DNA of 64,000 nt from Octopus sinensis (Eukaryota): NCBI RefSeq assembly GCF_006345805.1, contig NC_042998.1, forward strand, positions 60,574,001 through 60,638,000, in the 5' to 3' direction. The position numbers were made by a program, and so were the translations under genes. The notes beneath the pieces are model-generated. The model had not been told where the DNA came from. It saw only the letters and a program-made list of their open reading frames with translations, and made no database searches. Positions 11,516 through 25,278 of this stretch are shown here, piece after piece (the first letter of the stretch is position 1; every line of letters starts with the position of its first letter).

Positions 11516-12399
11516 TGTATATACCCAACATGCCCCAATAGAGTAGACCTGTGACTAAAGTCATTCCAGCCATGAACATCTAATATTTTTGTATGTCAGG
11601 TTTATGTTCTCTTCCTTTAATAGTATATTTAGAGAATATGTATGTGTGAATAAAACAGTCTTATAAGTATTATGTCTGAAGAACTTAAAGATTGGATGGT
11701 CACTACTGGAGTGCCTTTGATCATAAGTCTGTCAACAATCTTGACTTTGGACTAAACAACAACTGTCTTTCTTTCAAAGTGACAGATGTCCCAAAAAGAT
11801 AATTATATTATCAATTAAATTAAAATGTTAATTTAAATTGAATAAATAAAGTCCACATGAGTGAGCCTGTTGTTTTTTCCTATCCCTAAAATCTGTAGTT
11901 ATAATAATGTTTTGTGAGGTTTTTTTAACTGAATTAATTCGTTAAAACTAAATGAAAAGAAGTGGCATTTGTAAGTTAGACATATAAAGTTTTGTTGAAG
12001 TTCATATTAAAGCAACAAAGTACATAAGTGGAATGTGAATATTGGAATCAGAAATTGTGAAGAATCCAGCCTCATGCCTTGATATTCTATTATTATGATG
12101 CTCTATTGCTGTCAAACTGCATTTTCAGTTATTTGTAAATTCTAATTTTTATACATTTTTACATGTTTATATATAAGTTACAAAGCATATAATAAATGCA
12201 CCAACAAACTGAAAACGGACTCAAGTCACCAACTTCTCATCAGTTATCGGCCAGAGGGTCAAATGCAGTTTCACACATCATTATCATCATTGTCATTATC
12301 TACATCATTGTTTTTTATTTGCTTTCCATGTTAATATGAGTTGGACAGTTTGTTGCAGTTCTCCTAGATGGGTCAAAGAACCCATGGCAAAATGGAATG

Positions 12400-13190
12400 T
12401 ATGTGTGCTGATTGTGTCAGAAGAAAGCACTGTACCTACTGTTCTGAAAGACCAGTGAGATAGATAACACTAGTTAGCTGTCCTGCCATCTAGGAAGTGG
12501 CCATGCTCAGTTTGCAGATAAGGAGTTCTCAAGAATTCTATACAATGTAGCTGATTTAAACTATAAGATCAGAGCTAGATTGATGAGAAGGACTTTGTAT
12601 GTGGAGCAGATGCACAGAAATAGTTAGCAACAAGAGTAACTATGAAATGAATTCTTTTAAATACCTGAGAGGTTCCTTAGAAGTTGTCTACACCTAGGTG
12701 AGCTAATCAGTAGGTGGATGTTCGAAAAGACTGAAGTTAAAATAGTTGTGATTTTATATCAGCTGATTACAAAAGGATTTTCTCCTTAAGTGAAGGAGAG
12801 ATGATATGATGCTTGTATATGAAGTGCAATATTGTGTAGTAGCAAATTATGGACATTGAATACAGAGAATGTCTGAGGGCAGAAAAGATATTAGTGTGTG
12901 TGTATGTGAATGATTAAACATAAAGAAGCTGAGAGAAGAATTAGAATGATATCTAATGTAGTGTGCAAGAATAGAGGCTGTATATAGAACATAACAGTCA
13001 GATAAAAGAACTCTTAAGTAATTCATGTGGAAGGCACCTGCAGAAGAAGAATATGTGGTGGAGGCTGATCCAAGAATGCAGTACCTTACAAAGTAGAAGA
13101 CAAGGGATCACGTGTAGTGAGATGCTGTGCTAGAAGATATCTATCTAACTCATATAACCATGGAAAAAAGGTGTGTAAAATGATGATAGG
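12400..13190 (+). mobile_element. Heavily decayed RTE-like LINE remnant
   Basis: Faint similarity to 16898-17500 and a terminal ccatggaaaaaaggtgtgtaaaatgatgat tail; no intact frame. Confidence 0.3.
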
Positions 13191-13754
13191 ATGATGCTAC
13201 ATATGTATATATATGAACTATTCAATATATATGTAATAAATTACTTTCTTAAATTAGGGACCACAATCCCTTAAATATGAAACAGCTTGGCTACAACTAG
13301 AAATGCTAATTAAATGTTTCATTACATTGGTTGATTCTGTGATGTAGGTCTGATACAGAGTACTATGAAGTGGGCCAGTAGCCAAAAAATGCATTCTCTT
13401 GAGTAATAATAATTATGCTCAGTTTTAAGATGGCCTGATATAATTACCATTGCTATTGTGTCGCTGAAGATCACTCAGTACATTGTTAACAATATATTGT
13501 TTGTATGGTGGCATTGTCTGTCTAACCTTGAACACATAATCAGACTAAAGGCCAAAGCTACACTGTTCATGGTTACAATTCAGCCAATCAGTACAAACTA
13601 AATTAACCACTTACTAAATCAAAATTGTCATGCTGATAACTATAAAGTAACTAACACAATGTTGTCAAAACGTGAATGTTTAAAAAAAACAATTTAAATA
13701 AGATACTTCAGCATTTCAAAAATAAGAAAAGATCACATGCTATCTTTTATTTGT

Positions 13755-14100
13755 TTGTGTGGTTAAGAAACTCACTTTGCAACCATGTAGCTTTAGGTTC
13801 AGTTATACTGCACAGCACATTGAGAAAGTGTTTTCTATTTTAGTCCTGACCAACCAGTGTCTTAGGAATGGCTTTGATTGATGGAAACTATGTGGAAGTC
13901 AGTTGTATGTATATATGTGTGTTTGTCCTCCCCCACCCAGCCACGGTTTGACAACCATTGTTAGTTTGTTTGCATCCCCATAATTTATCAGTTCAGGAAT
14001 AAAGAATAATAGAATATGTACCAGAGTTAAGAAATGAATATTGGGGTTGATTTGTGCAACTAAAATCCATCAAGTATGACTGAAACAAGTAAAAGATAAG
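13755..14100 (+). mobile_element. Decayed family A SINE
   Basis: gtgtggttaagaaac head, gtttgacaacc body, gactgaaacaagtaaaagataag tail. Confidence 0.6.
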
Positions 14101-15018
14101 ATTAAACTTCTGCCTGCATGAATTTGCAGCATTGCAGTTTGTACAGTAATGGACATGGAATGGGCAAGCTTTATGGTAGGATTCCTTTTTAAACAGGATC
14201 CAAACATAGAAAGTGGGATAGCAAACAAGATAAGTTTTCTATAATTTTTAATCCAACATCATTTCTATCATTTGCATCAACCCTGTCTTTGATATTACTT
14301 TTGTTCCAACATTTATATTGACTGCTTTTTATTCTCTTAGATAATAATGTTTTCCCAAGAATCAATCTGGTAAGAAACATACACTTTGTTTCCACACCAG
14401 TTGACCCATAGCTTTCATTAAAAGCACTCATATTCCTTTTCCATCCAAATCATTGCAATTTCCTTCACTACTTACTTTCAGTGATAGAATATATTTATAT
14501 ATATCTACATATACCTTGTATGTATGTTGTAACTAATATTAGAAACACACACCTATTTACAGACACAGCTGTGTGCAACCATTCCCCTCTAACCCATACT
14601 ACAACTGTCCTTAGTGATTGATTTTTTTACTTTACAACACCAGTCAGCAGAAACATGCATTACTATATATTAAGCACTTGTGCTTTTGTACAAAAGTGTT
14701 TTAATATCTTAACTATTTAAACAATCCTATAATACTATACACAGATTTAAAATGTTATGATATTCAACTGATTAACAAAATTTTAACAATTTCTCTTTAT
14801 TGTATTTGAAAGAAGCTATTTCCGCTGCTAGAAAAAGAAAAGCAAAATATATTTAGCTTTTAAATATTCGCTGAGAGTTATGACCCTTGGGAAAATATAC
14901 TGTTATGAATAACCAACAAAGAAGATTATGTATATGACATCATTCTGCCTTTTAGAAATAGCAACCGAATCTCTACTAAATGATACACTACCATCTAAAA
15001 TAAAAGGACAGGTACATT

Positions 15019-15282
15019 AGATAACACACGTGGGCATGCCTACAAAGTCAGAAAACAACACAACTCCCATGACTTTCGGAAACATTTTTTCACGCTCAGA
15101 GTTGCTGAAGCATGGAATAAACTGCCTGCATCAGTTGTTGACTGCCGTGACACTGCATCCTTTAAGGCCCTCATGCTTTCCGAAATCCGCCAAAACTACA
15201 CCTGATTATATATACACTTTAGATGAGTTATAGTGCACCTGAGCACTGTACACAATTATTATTATTATTATTTTATTATTTT
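15019..15282 (+). mobile_element. CR1-like LINE 3' end
   Basis: Encodes NTRGHAYKVRKQHNSHDFRKHFFTLRVAEAWNKLP; (ATT)n tail; matches the reverse complement of 37642-37900. Confidence 0.85.
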
Positions 15283-16897
15283 ATAATACATTCAAGGTGC
15301 ATAAGACTTTAAAATGCTTCAAGATGTACAGTACCTGAATAAAATTAAAAAAAGGTGACAGGACAACCAAGACTTAAAGACATTTAATCATAAGTCTATT
15401 TGATCAGAGCTGACCTGGGCCTAAACATCAATCACTACATATAGGTTTGGCAACTTGTTTCATCTTGTTTCTCATTCAGATATCAGAAACAGACTGACTT
15501 TATAAGATTAAACCTGTATCCTCTCTTGAGGTTATAACTCCAAAATTATTTTATACTAAGGCTAAAAACGTTTATATAAGAAAATAAGCCATATGCTTTC
15601 TTACTTGCCAAATCTTTACTACTGGGTGTTTTAACCAAATGGCTTTGATACCACTGCACAAAAGAGACTTTTAACTGTGAAATTAATTTAATCGTGTAAT
15701 TACCTAATGTGGCACCTGTAGTTAAATGCAAGGTGTGTCTGGAAGAAGCTGTAAATGGAGAAATGTTGAACTGGATCTTGAAAATAGCATGATGATAAGA
15801 CACTGTGAAAACATTTTGTTATCTAGATGTTGAATGGAGAAAAATAGTTTGGAGTAGGTGATGATGGCAAGAGAGAGAAGTGCATGGCAGACGTTTTCTT
15901 GAAACTGAGTGATGCCATAATATGTAGGGTATTGCTAAAAGTAAAGGGGAAAAAGTCTACTGCCCATGTAAGAAGCATCATATTATATGAGAGTAAGGAA
16001 TGGGTAATCAACATGAAGTTATGAAGGCTGGAAAAAATACAGATGAGAATGGTTTAGTGAACGAGTGCAGTATCACTGCAAAGAAGGAAGTCAATTTATT
16101 CATGGATAAAAGAGGTGTTAAGAGAAAGAGAGAATAGGAATGTTAAAAGTAAAGAAAGACCGCCTTTAGTATAGCCATACATATCTACACATATGTATGA
16201 TTGATAATTACACAGAAAATTGTACTGATATTAGAACAGATTCTTATATTTTAGTAGAGTGTTGTATTTTTTTGTTTAGTTTGTTAGGGTGTTTTTTCTG
16301 TAGGAATATTTGCCATACTTGTTTTCAGATTCAGAAATCTTTAGCAATATGTGCAAGAGGAAGATTTTCCTGGAGCAACTAAATTAATGAACCAAAGTTG
16401 TATCATCTATATAATCTCTCTGTTTTACTTTTTTTTATATATATATATATTTCCCAGGAAGCAGTTGTTTTTTCTGTTTACATTACATAGTGTTTCCTAT
16501 TGCAAATATTTCAGCTGTGAAGTAAGAATTGAATTTTCATTTCTTTTGGTTCATAGTTAGGCAATGTTAGATGCCTGAGGGTTACAACACAATAACTTTA
16601 GTAAGAGTTGAAGTATTGAATGTGAAGTCATATTCAATACACACTAGTTGTTGTGCTGGATAACAACACATTAGTTGTGCTCCATTCAATTTTTTCTGCC
16701 GCTTAATACTTTTTGTATTTGTTAGAATATTCATGCACACACAACTGCACAAATATGCACACACACATACACTTGTTCACAAAAACATATATACACATGC
16801 TGAGAGAGCAACAGAGATAAGATATTAAAAATATTTTAAAGTTATTTGAACATGAATTCGTCATCTATATTATAATTTTACAACTTCCATTACATTC

Positions 16898-18008
16898 CAG
16901 GGAGAAAAACTAGAAGTAGTCGATAGTTTCCATTACCTAGGCGACCAAGTCAGTAGCGGGGGAGGGTGCGCTGAAGGTGTAGCTGCTAGAACAAGAATAG
17001 CCTGGACAAAGTTCAGAGAGCTCTTACCTCTACTGGTGACAAAGAGCCTCTCGCTCGGAGTAAAAGGTAGACTGTATCACGCATGTGTACGAACAGCCAT
17101 GCTACATGGCAGTGAAACATGTGTCGTGACTGCTGAGGACATGTGTAAGCTCCCAAAGAATGAAGCCAGTATGATCTTATGGATGTGTAATTTCAGTGTG
17201 CATACTCGACAGAGCGTTAGTACCTTGAGAGATATGTTGGACCTAAGAAGCATCAGATGTGGTGTGCAAGAGAGACGACTGCACTGGTATGGTCATGTGG
17301 TGAGAATGGATGAGGATAGCTGTGTGAAAAAGTGCCACACCCTAGCGGTTGAGGGAACCTGTGGAAGAGGTAGACTCAGGAAGACCTGGGATGAAGTGGT
17401 GAAGCACAACCTTTGAACATTAGGCCTCACTGGGGCAATGACCAGTGACCGAGAATTTTGAAAATATGCTGTGCTTGAGAAAACCTGGTAAGCCAAGTGA
17501 GACCATAACTTTGTAGCCTAAGCCAGGGGTGTAACGAGCCCACTCATGCATACCTTCCCTTCATTGGACACTGCTTGCGAAGACCTGTTGAGGCAAGTGA
17601 AATCGAAATCAAATTCGATGACTGGCATCCGTGCTAGTGGAGCACCATCCGAACGTGATCGTTGCCAGAGCACCTAACTGGCATTCATGCCAGTGGTACG
17701 TAAAAAGCACCATTCAAGCGTGATCGTTACCAGCGTCACTTTACTGGCACTTGTGCAGGTGACACATTAAAAACACGATTTTCCATGACCGCTGCCAGTA
17801 CCACCTGACTGGCCCTCATACCAGTGGCATGTAAAAGCACCCACTACACTCTCGGAGTGGTTGGCTTTAGGAAGGGCATCCAGCTGTAGAAACTCTGCCA
17901 AATCAGGATTGGAGCCCGGTGCAGCCATCTGGTTCACCAGTCCTCAGTCAAATTGTCCAACCCATGCTAGCATGGAAAGCAGACATTAAACGACAACGAT
18001 GATGATGA
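16898..18008 (+). mobile_element. 5'-truncated RTE-clade LINE (RT C-terminus plus 3' UTR)
   Basis: Frame 16901-17416 reads GEKLEVVDSFHYLGDQV...LHGSETC...RRLHWYGHVVRM...GRGRLRKTW; premature TGA at 17414; 3' UTR with internal repeats and (GAT)n tail. Confidence 0.92.
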
Positions 18009-18389
18009 GGAATTTAGTATAAGTCTTTTATCTCTCATGCGCAAGTCATTTAAATTACATTTTGAAAATTGTAATTAAAAAGTAATAAAAATTATCTGAA
18101 TTTTATTATTATAAAATATACCTATATCTCTATAACACTTCATTAAGAAATATGTTTAGGGGTTTCTCTGCCTGTGTGTGAGCCTGAATCTAAAGTGTGT
18201 CAGTAGTAATTGTTGGATCCTGTGGGATTTTTTTAACCTTATTCTATTGCTCTTTCATTTTTCAATATTTGCTTACTTCCTTCCCTAAAGTTTTCACTTT
18301 ATACATACAGATATCAACACACTTAATTGTACCACATATCTTGCTAGCATGAGTAAAACAATAATTCACAAGTAATATATTAAATTTGT

Positions 18390-18432
<43 letters not shown>

Positions 18433-18639
18433 TCTGGGTAGCGGTAGGGGTCCACCAAGGTTCAGTCCTCAGCCCCCTCCTATTTATCATAGTCCTCTAG
18501 GCAATAACAGAGCAGTTCAAGACAGGATGCCTCTGTCTTGACAATGATGATGATATATATACTATAACATCTTTGCCAAGGTCTCTGTCCTCTTACTGCT
18601 AACCACAATAGAAATTTACTAAATAATTGTTTCAAATTA

Positions 18640-19355
18640 TGGTAGCACAAGGCCAACAATTTTAGTGTACTTTACTGGTACTTTATTTTATAGACCTCAA
18701 AAAGATTATAGGCAAAGTCAACCTTAGTAGCACTTGAATTCAGAATGTAAAGAACCAAAAGAAATTGCTGCTGGACATTTTGTCCAGCATAGTAACAATT
18801 CTACCAGCTCGCTGCCTTAAATTTACAAAATAATGAAAGCGCTCTTTAAATTGTAGCATTGCAGTATTCATTTGTACTCTAGGCACAAGGCCCAAAAATT
18901 TTGGGAAGGGGGCCAGTCAATTAGATTGACCCCAGTACACAAATGGTACTTAATTTATTCACCTTAAAAAGATGAAAAGCAAAGTCAATCCCAGCAGAAT
19001 TTGAATTCAGAATGTAAAGACAAACAAAATACTGCTAAGCATTTCGCCTGGCGTGCTAACGTTTCTGCCAGGTTCACAATTCATGGTCACAGTCTCCTTC
19101 AGCAACCTCTAGCAATCATAAAGCTATGTCCAACAAGTTATAGATGCTGAGGAAATATTGATTTCAAATTTTGGCACAAGGCCAGCAGCTTTGGGAGAGG
19201 GGCCAAGTTGAATTGGTACTTATTTTATTGACCCTTAAAGGATGAAAGGTTAAGTCAACTTTGGTCAAATTTGAACTCAGAATGCTGAGACAGACAAAAT
19301 GCCACTAAGCATCTTGCCAGGTGTGCTAATGATTCTGCCAGCCCACCACCTTAAC
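18640..19355 (-). mobile_element. Three consecutive family B SINE copies
   Basis: Repeated reverse complement of gagttcaaat...gactttgcctttcatc...aagtacc at about 18640-18830, 18880-19075 and 19170-19355. Confidence 0.75.
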
Positions 19356-19859
19356 TAAAGAGATAATATTATTTTTAATACAACCCCACCTTGAGTTTTC
19401 TATCTTAATCAAACAAAGTCAACACTATATGTCTATGCATATCTAATAGCTACAACATCAGTTTTGTCTCAAAGTTCAAATACCAGGCAGGTTGCTAAAA
19501 ATCACCATCATCATAAAATGCTCCATATTTACTTTGCTTTTCGGCATGGGTTTGATGGCTTAACAAAATCTAATTCCAGGAAATAACATCTATTAATTTC
19601 CTCCTTTAACTTCCTTTTTGGTTGTCATGCTATAAAGTGAGAAGTGTCACCTGACTCTCTCAACCTACCTATCAGTTTAGCAGTAGTCCTAATATGTTGG
19701 TTGGTTTAATGCTACCACCTGGTGATTAGATACCTTTTATAGAGTCCATCACTGTTACATCATTTAGATTAGATTTCTTGTTCCTTCCTGCTTTCATTGT
19801 CTTCAAATATTCAGGAAAGACATTAGCTGCATCAGTTAAGTTAGTCCAAGAGTTCTTAA

Positions 19860-20079
19860 CCCTTTAAACATTGAGATTACTCTATCAAATGTAATACTTA
19901 TTTATTCACATTGTTGTGAACTTATCATGCATTATCTCTTAGCTTCATGATTTTGATGGTGTGATTGTTTACTTTTAAAATGATATTGAGGTATAGGTGT
20001 AAGAGGCCCGATCTGGCCAGTTTGAATGAAAAACAGATAAAATATTTGGGCCAGATATGGTCAGTTTAAATGCCAAAGG
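19860..20079. mobile_element. piggyBac-like MITE
   Basis: TTAA|CCCTTT ... AAAGG|TTAA ends with TTAA on both sides. Confidence 0.6.
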
Positions 20080-21265
20080 TTAAAGAAGTTATGGGCACTT
20101 TCTCATTTTCACTGACTAACTTTTATAAAAGAAACAAAAATCAATAGTTTTAAACCAGCTTAAAATTGTCTGTCTTACAGGTAGATCAAGCTAAATATTC
20201 TTTAATAATAGCACTACTACGTTTTCAGTTTCCACTCATCTTGTTAACAAAATTCATTTAGAATAGAAAAAAAAATTTCTTTCAGATTCAATCCTTGTTT
20301 ATTTTATTGTTATTTTTGTTCATTTATTCTTGTCATTCCTTCTTGGCAGCTGTATACAAGATCTCTATACAACAATAATAATCCAGGTGTTATATTTTCC
20401 TACTAGCACTAACATTTATCTACCTCCAAATTTCTTTTGGCAATGGTCTTCTTACTTGTCATGAAGTTTTGATCATGTTGTTGTTGCTGTTGTGGCAGTG
20501 ATTGTCCTGCTTATAATTCATTCATTCTTTCTTTTTTTCTCTCTCTTTCTCTCTCTTTTTTGTCTTTCTCTCTCCCCTTCCTTCTCCTCCCTCTCTAGTA
20601 AAATATCTGTTGCTTCTTTAGTTTATGAGAAAATTGACACTAGATATCTCTTCCTTTACATGTTACTGTTAATTTAGTTATTTTATTAGTAATATTCTTA
20701 GAACTGCTTACGTTTTGTTTTGTTTTGTTCTGTTCCCCACCCCCACTCCCAGGAACTTCAGCATTTCGGTTGTCAGTATTGCTGTTGTCTCTTAAGACTA
20801 GTCTTCATGTTAGTTGTATCACAGTACCATTTTGTTTTTCCTGTTAGCTAGAGAAGTGTTGACAAGGTCTCTACTGTGAGAATCTGTTCTTTTTGTAGGC
20901 AACAACAGTGATAAGAAAAGAGAAAAAGAACAAAGAAAATGGTCAAATCAACAGTTTGGAATATATCCATTGATGGAGAGTAAAATCTAGTCTATTTTAT
21001 TCCTTTGCTAGGAGCCCTGTTATTTTAGCTCTTTGTTTTTTTTTTTCATTTTAATTATAGCGATAATAATTATAAGTGCCCAAATAGAATGCAAATGAAG
21101 GTGAGATATTTCTTCACTTTATCAAAATTTTTATCTTGTCATTAGTTATCTTCTGTATCTGTGCATGTCTGATAGCGATTAGGTATCTATGTGTGTACAT
21201 AACATTCTTAAAATCATGCTTCTACAAAGTTATTTATTGTCAGTATATCGTAACTACAATGAATT

Positions 21266-21271
21266 GTGCAT

Positions 21272-21305
<34 letters not shown>

Positions 21306-21374
21306 GTATATATATATAAAAAGATAGATATATACATATATGTGTGTATATATGTATATATATGCATACATGTG

Positions 21375-21416
<42 letters not shown>

Positions 21417-21508
21417 CATACATACATACTCACGCACATACATACATACATATATACATACATGCATACATACATACATACATACATATGTGTGTGTGTG
21501 TGTGTATT
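21266..21508. repeat. Compound (CA)/(TA)/(TACA)/(TG) microsatellite
   Basis: Visible directly in the sequence. Confidence 0.95.
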
Positions 21509-24000
21509 GATGATAGAAATAATTCTCAGTAATTATTAGACATTAAAAGTATATGATTTACCACAGTAATACTTGTTTCCCTAATCTGTTTAGTTGCTTC
21601 TTTGTGAATGTAAGTGTGCATATACATGTCTTTGAGTTTTATTATTATGTAGTGTATAAAACTCCTCTCGAGCAATATATTAAATTCTTCTCAAAGTTAT
21701 AAACTCTTCTCAAACCTTTAAAAGTAAAATAAGGCAACAGTTATTTTATAACAAGACATGTTCAAAATAAAGATGATTATGATGTTATATATATTTATAT
21801 ATATATTGTAATGAATCCATAGAAGTCACTGAAACTAGTATGCTCTTAACTTTGTTGTAGTAAAGCATAGCTAGGGTTCTCATGAATTGTTTCTTTCCCC
21901 AGCACTGATTCTATATTTAAAACAAGAAAAACCGTTAGGTTTCTATTTTTGATCAGCAACATTTTGTATGTGATGATAAAAGTTGCTGCTAAAAATATAA
22001 CTGTGCTTTTCTGAAACTTCAAACATAGTTTGTCAGTTGGTTGATTAACATTCTGCTGTTCAGGAGTTCAAAAGGTGCCGACAAAATTATAAAATCACTA
22101 TTGGGGGAGTTTATTCTAAGTATTTTAGTTTCTGTATCAAAATAGAAGGTAATTATTTCCACATCATTTGCAGTGCTGTCCAACCTAACCAAACAAAGAA
22201 AAGCATATGAAGTCATCAGAAGAGGAAATGATAAAGCTGTTAGTATATCATTATTATTTTTGTCATGATGATGATGATGATGATGATGATGATGTCCCAT
22301 AACCTAGAGAATTTAGAAATATTCCACTAGATAACCTGGTTATATATTTCTGGAAATTTTTTTATCAAATGTGGTTTTGATGTTTTAGAAATAACAACCA
22401 AATTTTCTTCTAATCACACCCTGCCACCCTTAAAAGGGGTGGACACATTGAAAGATACAGCTTTAGATGCATTGTGTCAGAAAAAGAAAAGATGACATAG
22501 ATATATTTGGAGCACCTATGATCATAGATCTACTTAAGACTAACCTGGGGCTAAACAACAACATCCTCTCAACCGCAATGTTGTATGTAAATTTAGTTTC
22601 TCTAGAAACTCCCTGAAATTATGGAGCAAAGCAATAAAGAATGCCTGATACAGTAAGGTCAGTCTATTGTAAGAGAAAGGATTATATTGTTTAGTTCTAG
22701 TTCTCCTTGGGGCCCTAAATACTAATTGCTTATCTCCTCATCTGAAGTGTTACATAAAAAATAAACAACTGTACTGAATAAATATAAACAGCTGTACTGA
22801 GATCTTTTTATGAGAACATTCTTTCAATATACTGAGTTATGTTGCTCTTGAAATATGAAAGCATTGAGAAGCAGAGATAATGCCATTCAGTGAAAATCCA
22901 AGATTTCTCTGCTAACTCTGCCCATGAGCATATTGAAAATTCATTTTGTTACTTTGCAGTTGAATATTGATTTTCTTAAGATTATCATGTAATGAAAACA
23001 CATCTTAAAGCATACTGCGTGTGGGGAGTTTATAAGGTTTTGGAAATAAGACAATAAATAACTTTGGCTTTAATGTGATCTGGAATGTAGGTGTAGTGTG
23101 GCCAAATGGATAAGAAGTTCTCTTTATAACTATGAGGTACTGGGTTTGATCCCACTACATCTTGTGAGTGAAATTGGGTAGACAGAAACTGTATAGAAGC
23201 CTAATAAGTTGATGGTACATGTAATTCAAAAAGTTAGCCTGTGACATGCTGACTCTGCCTGAGAATTATATTAAGAGTGCAAATATTTGTGCAAGAACAA
23301 TTGCATAGATGCAAATAGATTCTCATTCGGTGGTAATGTGATGTCCACAGTTAATAAGTTTTATAGTAGGGTAGAAGGTAAGTGGACTAAATGTCTTAAA
23401 GTATTTGTCTTTTAGCTCTACGTTCTAGGCTCAAATTCTTCTGGGGACAACTTTGGCTTTCACCTTCCAAACACAAGATCTTTTACATTTTCATACTGAT
23501 TTGCTTGGATTACCATTTAAAGGTTCACTTTAATTCTAAACTAATACTCAGAAAAACCTCTAGGTTTCTATAATTGACCATCAATATTTGAACATGCTAA
23601 GTTGATGACCTTGTTTCAGTTTCTAGTTGTGACTGTTTCTTTTTACTTACTTTACTGATGCCTTTGGTTATGTCAGGTGTAGCATAACTCCTTTCTCTTT
23701 TTCTACTGTAAAGTGAATAGGGACAATCTAGATTGATTAAAGCTGTTTAGAATCTGGAATATTAGAATGCTGTTATAATGCTTGTATTAAATAGATATTA
23801 GAAATATCTCTTTTGTTTTCAGATAAACTATTTTTGGAAACATGTCCGCTATTTAAGTTTCCACCGGGTATGTACTTTGAAACTCTCTGCCTCTATCCAC
23901 TTCATTTTGACAAGGAAATCTAGGTTTCCTTATTTATTCTCTTTTGTTTCATTTGCATGCACATGTTATCACTGCTTGCCTTAAGAAAAATTGCTTTCTG

Positions 24001-25278
24001 TTAGGTTATCCAGAAAGTTCTGAGCATTTTTTTTTTAATATGCAAAACGGGATATGAATAATTGACTTTTCAATAAATTTTATTCAGTGAAATAATTTCC
24101 ATTATTATTACTGACTTTTGCCTATCTATCAGGTAACTTAAATATTCCATCAGCATAAGATTTGACTGGTTTTGAAGAGAAAAAATTATCTAGATGCATT
24201 TTGACTCCATCTAAATCGTTAAATGTTTTTCTTTGCAATGAGTTTTGTAGAGACAAAAACAAGTGGTAGTTGGATGGTGCAATATCAGGAGAGTATGGTG
24301 GATGTAGTAAAAGATCGCAGCCATTTCATGTTATTTTGTTTGGGTAGCCAAAGACATGTGGTCAGGCATTGTCTTGTTGGAACACTACCCCTTTCTTGTT
24401 AGCAGTCTCCGACCTCAATTCTTTGATTGTTTTTGGTTCAAATTAGCCAGCTGATGACGGTACACATCAGAATTAATGGTCTGGTTTTGTGGGAGAAGCT
24501 CATTATAAATAATGCCTTTATCATCCCATCAAACACAAAGCATAACATTTTTAGCATGGATGTTCATCTTTGGTTGCTGTTTTGGGGGATCCTTGCGCAA
24601 ACTCCAGAATCTTTTTTGTATGACGTTTTCATACAAAAATCAATTTTTTGTCTCCAGTTACAAGTTGTTTTAAAAAAAGACATGCTTTCATTCCATTTCA
24701 AAACCATATCACTAGGAGAACACTGGTCCAAGCAATTCTTTTCTGAGAGTTTGTGAGGGACCCACATATTATAGTGAGAAATGTATCCTAGCTTCACTAG
24801 GTGTTCATGAGCCATACTTTTAGAAACTTCCAACTGCTCTGCATGTTCTCTAGTCGTGATATTTGAATTTTGTTCCATTTTTGCCTTCGAAACATCTTCA
24901 TACAATTTTGAAGGTCTTCTACTGTGACTGTCATCTTCCAGTTTTAAATTTTGCAAACCACCTTCAAAAAGTTGATTCACCTGCAGCATCATCACCATAA
25001 ACTTCACAAATGGTTTTGCAAGTCTTTGCAACATTTTCTCCTTTTTTTAAAAAAGAAAAGCATTACAATGCAGCTATGAAATGTTTGATTATCCATTTCA
25101 AATGTCAATAAAGGGTGACTGGAATGAAAGATAATTCTATTTTTAGTCAGGAACAAAGAAGAGATGCACTACCACTTTAAGCAATGCCAAAGTTTTAATT
25201 GTATTATGTTTCAGGTGTGTTTAATGAAGCATTAAAAGATTTAGATTAAAAGCACTCAGAACTTTCCAGACAACTTAA
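24001..25278 (-). mobile_element. Full-length-size mariner transposon, inactivated
   Basis: TIRs ttaggttatccagaaagttctgag / ctcagaactttccagacaacttaa; ~1.28 kb; transposase remnant with WVPHKL (ORF 24564-25034); frameshifts and stops. Confidence 0.9.

Noticed and set aside
14341-14369. 29-nt candidate NT5C3 micro-exon (tcttag| ... |gtaaga) containing MFSQESI
   Set aside because: Length is not a multiple of 3, and the ATG frame ends in phase 2, incompatible with the phase-0 exon at 31315.
16197-16382. Hydrophobic ORF as a possible membrane-anchor first exon of NT5C3
   Set aside because: Ends in a stop with no suitable in-phase donor; the hydrophobicity comes from a T-rich tract.
22064-22238. 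Two exon-like segments (85 nt and 65 nt)
   Set aside because: Separated by only 25 nt (too short for an intron), weak second donor, no homology recognised.
24427-24756. 109-aa + strand ORF
   Set aside because: Antisense to the mariner transposase.
25208-25220. 13-nt match to the 3' half of miR-87
   Set aside because: No seed, no hairpin, and it lies inside a mariner element.
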